Shown one piece after another: positions 1 to 9,500 of a stretch of DNA of 24,606 nt; within the stretch, counting starts at the first letter, position 1, and each line of letters begins with the position of its first letter. Made by a program: the position numbers and the translations under genes. This DNA is from Deltaproteobacteria bacterium (GTDB taxonomy: Bacteria; Myxococcota_A; UBA9160; SMWR01). Under the pieces are notes generated by a model. It was given only the letters and a program-made list of their open reading frames with translations. It searched no databases and was not told where the DNA came from. The DNA is taken from NCBI GenBank assembly GCA_032128375.1, contig JAQBGU010000051.1, positions 1-24,606 of the forward strand, given 5' to 3'.

Positions 1-1
1 G

Positions 2-136
2 CTCGACGTCTCGAGGGCGCTCGACGCTGGCCGTCGACCCGTCGACCGGGACGTCTTCGCGCGGTCGCTTCACTACTACGAGATTCGAGTGGGGGCCGGA
101 GGCGGACGCGGCTCCGCCGCAGATTCGCAGGATTAG
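2..136 (+). CDS. 3' end of a small hypothetical protein upstream of exbB (partial, truncated by the window)
   Basis: Open frame from base 2 to TAG at 134-136: LDVSRALDAGRRPVDRDVFARSLHYYEIRVGAGGGRGSAADSQD*. From recall, PVDRDVF..L.YY resembles small proteins preceding exbB in Agl-Glt-like operons. Confidence 0.55.
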   Translation, partial: LDVSRALDAGRRPVDRDVFARSLHYYEIRVGAGGGRGSAADSQD

Positions 137-179
137 CCCCTCGATACTTGATTCACCGGATGTCCTGGAGGACTTGGTC

Positions 180-830
180 ATGGATTTCTTCTACGCACTC
201 GTTGGGTTCTTCGTCACCGGAGGGCCGTTCATGTACCCGATCCTGATCGTATTCGCGGTTGGGGCGGCGATCGCGATCGAGCGCTACGTCACGCTCACCG
301 TCGTGACGGCCAAGAATCAGAGCATGTGGAGCCGTGTCCAGCCAGCGCTGATGAACGGCGATTTCGGCAAGGCGCGGGAAATGACCAGCAACGACGACTC
401 GACCATCTCGAAGCTCTTGAGCATGGGGCTGGCCCGACAGGGCGGAGTGCGGCGTCGCGAGGACATCGAGATCGCGATGGAGGAGAGCATGATGGAGATC
501 ATCCCTCAGCTCGAAAAGCGCACGCCCTACGTCGCGCTGGCGTCCAGCATCGCTACGCTGCTGGGGCTGCTCGGAACCATCATGGGCCTGATCGCCGCGT
601 TCACCGCGGTCGCGAATGCGAATCCCGCGGAAAAGGCGGACCTGCTGTCGGCCAGCATCTCGGTGGCGATGAACACGACGGCCTTCGGTCTGATGGTGGC
701 CATTCCACTGCTGATCACGAACACGGTGCTCACCGCGAAGACCGGCGAAATCGTCGACAGCCTGGAGATGGCGTCGGTGAAGGCTCTCAACGTGATCACC
801 GCGAAAGCCAAACGACAGGACGAGGTGTAA
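180..830 (+). CDS. MotA/TolQ/ExbB proton channel family protein (AglR-like)
   Basis: GGPFMYPI N-terminal TM, GLLGTIMGLI and AMNTTAFGLMVAIP helices. GGAGGA at 167-172 favours the ATG at 180 over the TTG at 174. Confidence 0.95.
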   Translation: MDFFYALVGFFVTGGPFMYPILIVFAVGAAIAIERYVTLTVVTAKNQSMWSRVQPALMNGDFGKAREMTSNDDSTISKLLSMGLARQGGVRRREDIEIAMEESMMEIIPQLEKRTPYVALASSIATLLGLLGTIMGLIAAFTAVANANPAEKADLLSASISVAMNTTAFGLMVAIPLLITNTVLTAKTGEIVDSLEMASVKALNVITAKAKRQDEV

Positions 831-835
831 GCAAG

Positions 836-1327
836 ATGAGACGGCGGCATCACTACAGGCGACGCACGAAGGAGCCGGTCGAGTTGGACATGTCCACCTT
901 TCTCAACCTGATGGTGGTATTGGTGCCCTTTCTGCTGATCACCGCGGTCTTTTCCCGGATCACGATCGTCGAGCTGAGCGTGCCGAGCCCATCGATCGGC
1001 AAGATGCCGATTGTGCCGAGTTTCACAGTCGAGGTCATCGTTCGAGAAGGTGGACTGGAACTCACCAACGGAACCGCGCTGATCGCCAGAATTCCGAAGA
1101 TCGATGGCGAGTACGACCTGGACAATCTGGCAGAGCTCGTGATGTCGCTCAAACACGACCATCCGGACGAGGACGATGCGTCGGTTCTGCTCGAGCCAGA
1201 AATCGAATACGACCATCTGATTCAGGTCATGGACGTCGTGAGGAGCGCGGAGCTGGCGGCAGATGGCGCTGAAGAAGCCACCAGGGTCGCGCTGTTCACG
1301 GACATTTCCATCGGAGACGCACCATGA
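836..1327 (+). CDS. ExbD/TolR family biopolymer transporter subunit 1 (AglQ-like)
   Basis: ATG 836 lies 5 nt after the exbB stop, in frame with ORF 326-1327. Basic N-terminus, TM FLNLMVVLVPFLLITAVF, C-terminal YDHLIQVMDVVR. Confidence 0.9.
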   Translation: MRRRHHYRRRTKEPVELDMSTFLNLMVVLVPFLLITAVFSRITIVELSVPSPSIGKMPIVPSFTVEVIVREGGLELTNGTALIARIPKIDGEYDLDNLAELVMSLKHDHPDEDDASVLLEPEIEYDHLIQVMDVVRSAELAADGAEEATRVALFTDISIGDAP

Positions 1328-1827
1328 AGAGTTCCCGCAGAATCAGACGAATGTCGCGCAATCGGACCAGGCCCGTGACGATGAACCTCACTTCGCTGAT
1401 GGACGTGTTCACGATCCTGGTCTTCTTCCTGCTCGTCAACTCGGCCACCACGGAGGTGCTCGAGACACCAAAGCGAATCAAGTTGCCCGACTCCGTGGTG
1501 GAGGAGAAGCCGCGGGAGACCGTCGTAATTTTCATTAGTCCCGACGAGGTCACGGTGCAGGGCGATTCCGTCGTCCTCGTGGCCGACATCCTCGCTATGG
1601 CGGGGCAGAACGTCGAGCCCATCGGCGCGAAGCTCGCGGAGTTGAGCGCGAACATCATTGGTCTTTCGACGAAGCACGTGGCGGAGACTCAGGAGGTGAC
1701 GATTCTCGCAGACAAGTCGGTTCCATTCAGCGTCGTCAAGAAAGTGATGGCCACCTGCACCAGCCAGGGCTACCGCCGCATTTCCCTGGCCGTGATGCAG
1801 AAGGCGTCGCAGATAACCTCGATATAG
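1324..1827 (+). CDS. ExbD/TolR family biopolymer transporter subunit 2 (AglS-like)
   Basis: NLTSLMDVFTILVFFLL TM with the conserved Asp; ADKSVPFSVVKKVM...GY motif; ATGA overlap with the previous gene. Confidence 0.93.
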   Translation: MKSSRRIRRMSRNRTRPVTMNLTSLMDVFTILVFFLLVNSATTEVLETPKRIKLPDSVVEEKPRETVVIFISPDEVTVQGDSVVLVADILAMAGQNVEPIGAKLAELSANIIGLSTKHVAETQEVTILADKSVPFSVVKKVMATCTSQGYRRISLAVMQKASQITSI

Positions 1828-1836
1828 CGAGATCGC

Positions 1837-3210
1837 ATGGATACAGTCGCTTCACAGGACGAACAGGCACTGCTGGCGCAACTCGGTCGAGCGCGTGAGA
1901 GGTTGGATAACCTCGCGTGCGATTTGCGTTCCATCGACACTGAGCTGGAGGGTCTGTCGAAGGAGCGGCATCAGTATCGTTTGCTGGCCGACGTGTGCAA
2001 CGCGCTCGGAGCACTCAGCGAGCTGGGCGCGGGTGGGTTGTTCTGGGGCGACCAGGGCACAGTCGCCGGCCGTGGTGATGAGCATGTTCGCGACGCTTGG
2101 CGCCGCGTCGGCGTTTTCGAGGGGCATGTCCGGGAAATCGAGGAAAGACGCCACGCGATCAGCCAGGAAATCCTGCGCGAGCAGGAGAACACAGAGTTCC
2201 TCGAGGACGAGGTGTTCGACGTCCGACAGGATGCGGAGCGACGCAAGCTCGAGTGGGTCATCGAACGAGAACTCGGCGATCTTCCCGCCCGTCCGGCCAT
2301 CATGCCCTGGGCGCACGGCGGCGAGGAGGACGAGCGCTTTCGCAAGTCGCTGGTCGTATCGCTGCTCGCGGCCTTGTTGCTGGGTGTGTTGCTACCGCTG
2401 ATTGATCTGCCGTTGCCCGAGCGCGGAGAGCCGCTCGACGTGCCGGATCGCCTGGCACGCCTGATTCACGAGAAACGTCTGCTGGCGCCACCACCGCCGG
2501 TGCAGGAACAGACGAAACCCACACCGAAGGAGCCGGAGCCCATCGAAGAAACCCTGGCGGTGTCCGAGGAGGTTGCGCCAAAGGAGCAGCGGACGCCGAA
2601 GCCGAGCACGCAATCGAGTGGAATTCTCGGGTTCCGAGAGAAGTTCTCCGGACTCGCACAGACCCACTCTGCGGCCCGGCTCGGATCCCAAGCACGCATC
2701 CGCAGCTCCGGTGAGGCCGCCAGCGCGCGGCCCGAGCGCTCGATGGTTGCGACCCAGGCGCTGGGCTCGAGCGGCGGAATCAACCTGGCTGAGCTGAGCC
2801 GCGACACGGGCGGCGGAGGCGGCGATGCGATCGAGGGCGTCCAGGTGACGCGTGCAACGAGTTCGATCGGCTCTGGGGGCGGGTCGGACCGGCCCATGAG
2901 TGGCGGACCCGGATTGGGTCGGACGGACGAAGAGATCCAGATCGTGTTCGATCGCCACAAGGCGGCCCTGTATCGGCTCTACAACCGCGAGTTGCGCAAC
3001 GATCCAACATTGCAGGGGCAGATGGTGCTGCGCCTCCGGATCGAGCCCGACGGCAGCGTCTCGTTGTGTGATCTGCAGTCTACCGACATGGACGCGCCGC
3101 AGTTATCGGCGAGTGTTGTCGACCGCGTCCGGACCTTTGATTTCGGTGCCAAAGAAGGCATCTCGACGATCACGATCTTGTATCCGATCGACTTCCTGCC
3201 AGCGACGTGA
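1837..3210 (+). CDS. AgmX/PglI C-terminal domain protein (GltG-like, TonB/TolA-type energy transducer)
   Basis: Coiled-coil-like N-terminus, one TM (SLVVSLLAALLLGVLLPLI), Pro/Glu- and Gly-rich linker, C-terminal RTDEEIQIVFD...LYNRELRNDPTLQG.MVLRLRIEPDGSV...YPIDFLP. Confidence 0.88.
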   Translation: MDTVASQDEQALLAQLGRARERLDNLACDLRSIDTELEGLSKERHQYRLLADVCNALGALSELGAGGLFWGDQGTVAGRGDEHVRDAWRRVGVFEGHVREIEERRHAISQEILREQENTEFLEDEVFDVRQDAERRKLEWVIERELGDLPARPAIMPWAHGGEEDERFRKSLVVSLLAALLLGVLLPLIDLPLPERGEPLDVPDRLARLIHEKRLLAPPPPVQEQTKPTPKEPEPIEETLAVSEEVAPKEQRTPKPSTQSSGILGFREKFSGLAQTHSAARLGSQARIRSSGEAASARPERSMVATQALGSSGGINLAELSRDTGGGGGDAIEGVQVTRATSSIGSGGGSDRPMSGGPGLGRTDEEIQIVFDRHKAALYRLYNRELRNDPTLQGQMVLRLRIEPDGSVSLCDLQSTDMDAPQLSASVVDRVRTFDFGAKEGISTITILYPIDFLPAT

Positions 3211-3341
3211 AACGGCGGGATACCGAGATGAGTGACGCACGACTGTACGATCGGGCGCTTCGGGGTCGATCTCGAAAATGAAGGGGGTGGCGCGAATCCA
3301 GTTTTTTGAATGAGACATCGAGCCTACGGGCTCAACGCGAT

Positions 3342-3430
3342 TCAGACAAAGGCAAACCCACCGAAAGGTGGCGACGCAAAGTCACCGGTCTACAAGGCCT
3401 CGCGGCCCATGACAGCGGGACTGCCAGGAT
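3342..3430 (+). ncRNA. Cyclic di-GMP-I (GEMM-I) riboswitch
   Basis: AAAGGCAAACC-CACC-GAAA-GGTG-GCGACGCAAAG-TCACCGGTCTAC..GGCC-TCGC-GGCC-CATGACAGCGGGACTGCC matches the GEMM-I consensus (GNRA tetraloop stem, ACGCAAAG junction, AGCGGG..TGCC 3' end), ~90 nt upstream of the likely start codon. Confidence 0.92.
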
Positions 3431-3516
3431 CATGCGGCGCCCTTTCGGGTTGCTTCGTTCCGCACTGGCAAATGCGATCGCACCGGCGGTGGAACGGGGG
3501 CGACAAATTGATCCGA

Positions 3517-6500
3517 ATGGATCGAATCAGTGTGAGAGCAGGTGGCAGCCGAATCGGTGTCGTGCTGCTCGGCTTCGTGTTGCTGCTGGGCGCGTCCGCC
3601 TCGGCGCAGGCCGAAGATTGCTCCGCTTTGGGCGGCGTAGTCGACGGCTTTGCTGGCGACCTGGCTCCATCCCAGATCCAGATCGACTCGAATTGCACGA
3701 TCCGCAATTTCCCCGCCTCCAACCCGCTGAACACCAACTTCAGTTTTTTGACACAACCCGGCCAGAGCACCGAAAGATGGCTCATCATATTCGACAACGT
3801 CTTGCACACGGGCCAGATGGCGTGCAACGCCGTTGCTGGCCACAAAATCTGGTTTGTGAACGGATCTTCAAGCTCGATTCAAGAGGGCTGCCAGAATCTC
3901 CTGATACCCGTAGAGAAAATTGACAAGCAGAACCCGGCCGGGCAGACCACTGCCGCCATCGGTGTGCCCTTCAGCTACACGCTCACGATGCCGGTCCTGT
4001 TTGACCCGGGCACGGGCCGCGTCATCAATTCCAGTGGGTCCCTCAACGACCTGCACGGCGTCACGCTCACGGACGATCTCAACGCAACGGGCGTGGATCT
4101 CACCTATCTCAGCCACGTCGCCTACGAGCAGAGCAGCCGCACTCCCGTACCGCACACATTCTCGAACGTAGGCGGTCTGCTCACCTTCGACAATTTCCCC
4201 ATCATCGGCGCCGGTCAGCAGATCGTGATCGAGATCGCGGTCGTTCTCGATGACACGCCGGCGAACGTGTCAGGGACGCAGTTCATCAACACCGCCAAGT
4301 GGGACTTCGGCAGGCTCATCGACGGAGTGTTCTATCAGCCCCTCCCGGGCGAGTCGGGAGTCACTCCACCCCTGACGATCGCAACGCCTGATCTCGTGGT
4401 TACGAAGACGGGCCCGACGACGTTGGGGAGGACGCTCAACTTGGCGGAGTTCGGGCAGTTCGCCATCGACGTCCAGAATATCGGGCTGAGCGCCGCCTGG
4501 AACGCCACGATCCTCGACCGGCTCCCCGACGGAGCCACGGGCGGCATGTGCGATCTCACGCCCGAAGTGCTCAGCGCCCAGGTATTCGCGGCCGACGGCG
4601 TCACCCCGGTCCCGGGTAAGGGCCCGTTGGTCGCGGGCGTTGACGTCTCGCTTACCTACAACGCTGCGCCCAGCTGCGAGCTCACGCTCAACATGCTCAC
4701 GGCTGCGGGCGCGATCGGATCTGATGAGCGCTTGGTCATCAATTACAGGACCCAGCTCGACGCGGACAGCCAGCAGGGCGCCACACTCACCAATGTCGTG
4801 GGGGCAACCCAATGGTTCAACGGTGACAGTCGCGATACCACCCGCCAGGCCTACACGCGCACGCTGACCGACGGCAGCGTCGGCGTGCTCGATCACGAGG
4901 ACGCGCACAGCATAACGGTGGCCCTCTCCGGCTTCTTCTTCGAGAAGACCGTCGCGAATCTGACGAGCGGTGTGAATCCGACTACGACGGCCACTCCGGG
5001 TGACACGCTGCGCTACGCGTTACGGCTGCAGACGACCGACGTCGCGCTCGACGACCTCACCTTCTACGACGATCTGGGTGACCTCAACGCCTCGTTGGCG
5101 TTCGTACCGGGTACGCTCACACTTGTCGCCAGCACCATCCCGGCCGGCGCCGACACCACCAACACGAACCCGGCCGGCGGAACGAACGGGGCCGGCATCC
5201 TCGACATCCGCAGCCTGAGCGTTCCCATCAATAGCGAGATCCTGGTCGAGTTCGACATCACCCTCGACTCGACCCTTCGTGACGGTACGGTTGTCGCAAA
5301 CCAGGCAGACCTCATCAGCACGTTGAAGCTCGCCGACAGTGACGACCCCAACATCAACGGTCAGGCTGGTTCCGATGTGGTGGGTGACGAGGACCCGACG
5401 CGGGTAGTGATCGCCACCCCGCCGGTGGGACCGCTGCTGAAGGAGAACACCCAGGCGACGGCATCGGTCGGCGAGGTTTTCCGCTACCGCATCGTGATTC
5501 CACAGACGCCGTACGCGTTTCCGCTGTTCGACGTCCGCATCGTCGACGACCTGACGGACTCCAGCGCCGACCTGCGCTTCGCTGGCGTCACGAAGATCGC
5601 GGGTTCCGGGGCCTGGACGCCGGTGAATACCGGCGACGCGACGCATCTGCTGATCGAGGATCCAGCGGTCGGCATCAGCATTCCCGCCGGCGAACAGATC
5701 GTCGTCGAGATTGCGGTCGTGCTCGCAGACACGGCGACGAACATCAGCGGACTCGCGTTCACCAACACCGCTTCGTACTCCTACAACGCGGTCGACGACG
5801 ACGACGGCAGCCAGAGGGTCGGCGATCCCGGCACGACGGAACCGATGACGATCGTGGGGCCGGATGTTCTGACGCTCGAAAAGAGCGGGCCGGCAACGTT
5901 GACGATCGGGATGTCCGGCACGTTCAGCCTCGACGTCCACAACGCCAGCGACGGACCAGCCTGGAACCTGACCATCACAGATCGGCTGCCGAGCACCCCG
6001 ACCGGCGGCACCTGCGACACCGTGCCATCCGGCGTCACGGCACGAGTCTTCGAGACCGACGGGACAACACCGGTTTCCGCGCAGCTGGTCGAAGGTACGG
6101 ACTTCGCGGTCAGCTTCATCGCCGAGCCCGGCTGCGAACTGACTGCAACGATGCTCTCGACGCAGGCGACGGTCGATGCGGGCCAGCGATTGGTCGTCAC
6201 CTATCAGGCCCGGCTCGACGCGGACAGCCAGGACGCCGCCGTGCTGACCAATGTCGCCGGTGCGACCGAGTGGTTCGGCGCCGACGGATCCAACCCCGAT
6301 ACCGCAGACGATCGCCGCGTCTACACGCGCACACTGACCAACGGCACAGTGGGTGTCCTCGACCACGAGGACGCTCACAACGTTGCGGTCGCGCTGCCCG
6401 AGTACCGGTTCGAAAAGACGGTGGTCAACGTGACAAGCGGCGCTGACCCCGCCACGACCGCTGCCCCAGGCGACATCCTCCGCTACAGGCTGCGTGTCGA

Positions 6501-9500
6501 GAACTTCGGCGATACCCCGCTGGGCGATTTCCGTGTCCTCGACGAACTCGACCGCCTCAACTCGCCGGCCGCATTCCAGGCCGGCACGCTCGTGCTGGTT
6601 TCCGTACCGGCGGGCGCCGACACCAGCAACACGAGCAGTACCGCGGGCGCCCGGGGCAGCGGCGTGCTCGACGTGCGCAACCTGAGTCTGCCCGGACCGA
6701 ACGACAGCCTGGTGATCGAGTTCGAGATCACGCTGGCCCCCGTCCTCGCAAACGGAACCCTCGTCACCAACCAGTCGCAGCTGCTATTGGGTGACGCACC
6801 GATTGCGGATAGTGACGACCCCAACGTGAACGGTCCGGCCGATCCGTTGGTGGTTGGAGACGAAGATCCGACGCAGGTTGCGATCGTGTCCGCTCCGGCC
6901 TTCCGGGTGGAGAAGGTCTCCGCCTACGTGACCGGCGATCCAAGCGTGCTGCTCGCTGGCGAGACGCTCCGCTATACGATCACGGTCAAGAACATCGGTG
7001 CCGATGACTCCGATGACAGCCTGCTAGTCGACGCAATCCCGGTGAACACGCGGTACGTCTCCGGCAGCACCACCCTGAACGGCGCGCCGGTCGCGGACAG
7101 CCCGTCCGGTACCTCGCCACTGTCGGACGGCATCCCGATCCACGCGCCCGAGGACCCGACACCCGGGGTGTTGCGTGCTGGCACCGATTCGACACAGAAC
7201 AATGTGGCAAGCATCGTCTTCGAAGTGGTCGTCGATTCGGATGTGATCGACGGCACCGTCATCTCCAACCAGGCCTTCGTCAGCGCGATCGAAGGCGGGG
7301 TGACCGATCAGCCCTCGGACGATCCGCGAACGCCGATTGCGGACGATCCCACGCGCGACGTGGTGGGCGCCTCGCCGCTGCTGTTCGCGCCCAAGAGCGT
7401 GGCGCTTTTGGTCGACGCGGGCACGCCGGGCATCGTCGATCCCGGCGACGTTCTGCACTACGCGATCAGCGTTCTCAACACGGGCACCGTCGCCGCGACC
7501 GGTGTCGCGTTGACCGACTCGGTTCCGGCGAACACGAGCTACGTCGCCGATTCCACGACGCTCAACGGACTTCCGGTCGGCCGGCCCGACGGCGGTGTGT
7601 CGCCGTTGGCGGCAGGCGTCCCAATGCATTCTTCAGATCTCACACCGCCGTTGCCCGGTCCGGGAGCGGGCATCCTCAATCCTGGCGAGAGCGCGCTGCT
7701 CGAGTTCGATCTGCAAGTCGACTCGGGTGTGCCGGGCGGTACGATCATCAGCAACCAGGCCATGGTCCGCAGCTTCCAGCTGTCGGATCTGCTGACCGAT
7801 GGCGATGGCAACCCGGCGACGGGTCCGGAGCCCACGCAGGTCGTGGTCGGCGACGGCCAGCAGGTGTCGATCACGAAACAAGTCACGGTCGTCGGCGGTG
7901 GTGCCGCGCTGCCCGGCTCGGTGCTCGAGTACGTGGTGCGTGTCGTCAACATCGCGGCCGTGCCGGCGTTTTCGGTGCTGATTCGCGACGACCTCGACGC
8001 TCCGGCACCGGGCCAGCTCGCCTATGTCGATTCGTCCGCGACGCTGAACGGCTCGCTGGCCGGCGTCAGCGTCGTGGGCTCCGTCATTAGGGCCGACTAT
8101 TCGGCCGTCTACGGCCCGTTGCAGCCAGGGGAAGAAGTTGCGCTGCGTTTCAGGGCTGTGATCAACGCGAATCTCGCGCTCGGGACGACGCTCACCAACA
8201 CCGGTGTGGTCACCTGGAACACGCCGCAGCAGAGCGCCAGCGCCAGCGTGTCGGTCGACGTCGGCGGCATGCCGGGCGTGGGTATCGTGAGCGGAAGTCT
8301 ATGGCACGACGCCGACTTCAACGACGTGTTGGACCCCGGCGAGCAGGTGCTGTCGGGCTGGAGCATTGCGTTCTACCGGAATGCACAGCTTGTGACGTCG
8401 GTCGTCAGCGACGCCGCCGGGACCTATCGCATTGGCGGTCTCGAGCCGAACGACGCCAATGCCGACGCCTACGAGCTGCGCTTCGCTGCCCCGGGCGCCG
8501 GACCGAACACCGCGGCGCTCGGCCGGGCGGACTCCGTGTTCAGCAACGGTCTACAGAAGATCAGCGACATCGCGGTCGCGTCGGGCAGCAATCTCCCCAA
8601 TCTCAATCTTCCGATCGACCCCAACGGTGTGGTGTATGGCGCGATCTCGCGGAGGCCGGTGGCCGGAGCGACACTGACTTTGTTGAATGCGAGCGCCGCC
8701 GCTCCGCTGCCGTCGCAATGCTTCGATGATTCGGCTCAACAAGGGCAGGTCACCCGCAGCGACGGCTACTACAAGTTCGATTTGAACTTCTCCGACGCGG
8801 CCTGCCCCAACGGCAGCAGCTATCGGATCGAGCTCGGCGCGCCGGGGGTTGGCTACGTGCCGGGCTACTCGGAGATCATCCCGCCGACCTCCGATGCCGC
8901 GACCGCGCCGCTGGTCGTGCCCGCCTGTCCGGGCGGCGCCGACGACGCGGTGCCGACGACCCCTCAGCATTGCGAAGCGCAGGCATCCGAGTTCGCTCCG
9001 TTTGCATCGGTGCCGGCCCGCACGGCGGGTACGCGTTACTTCGTGCACCTGACGTTGGACGAGAGTCGGCTCCCGGGCTCGGGTCAGATCTTCAACAACC
9101 ACATTCCGCTGGATCCGGTTCTCGACGGGGCGGTCGCGATCACGAAAACGGCCGCCTCGCTGCTCGTCAGCCGCGGTCAGCTCGTGCCCTACGAGATCAC
9201 GCTCCGCAACGAACTGGGTGCGGATCTACCCGACGTCAGCATCGTGGACCGCTTCCCCGCCGGCTTCCGTTACGTTGAGGGATCTGCGCGCATCGACGGA
9301 AAGCCGGCCGAGCCGATCGTGCAGGGTCAGGAGCTGCGTTGGACCGATCTCGCTGTCGGAACTTCCGATCGGCTCCGCCTCGTCTTGCTGCTCGCAGTCG
9401 GTGCCGGCGTCAACGAGGGCGAGTTTGTGAATCGTGTCCGAGCCGTCAGCAGCCTGACGGGTGCGGGCCTGTCCGGCGAGGCCACCGCCACCGTGCGCGT

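Noticed and set aside
326..835. N-terminal half of the 333-aa ORF
   Set aside because: Off-frame shadow of exbB; ExbD similarity begins at ATG 836.
3434..3460. Hairpin downstream of the riboswitch as a terminator expression platform
   Set aside because: Short bulged stem and a poor U-tract; the mechanism cannot be called.
3310..3516. 69-aa N-terminal extension of the giant ORF
   Set aside because: It overlaps the riboswitch and lies before the signal peptide, so it is probably 5' UTR.
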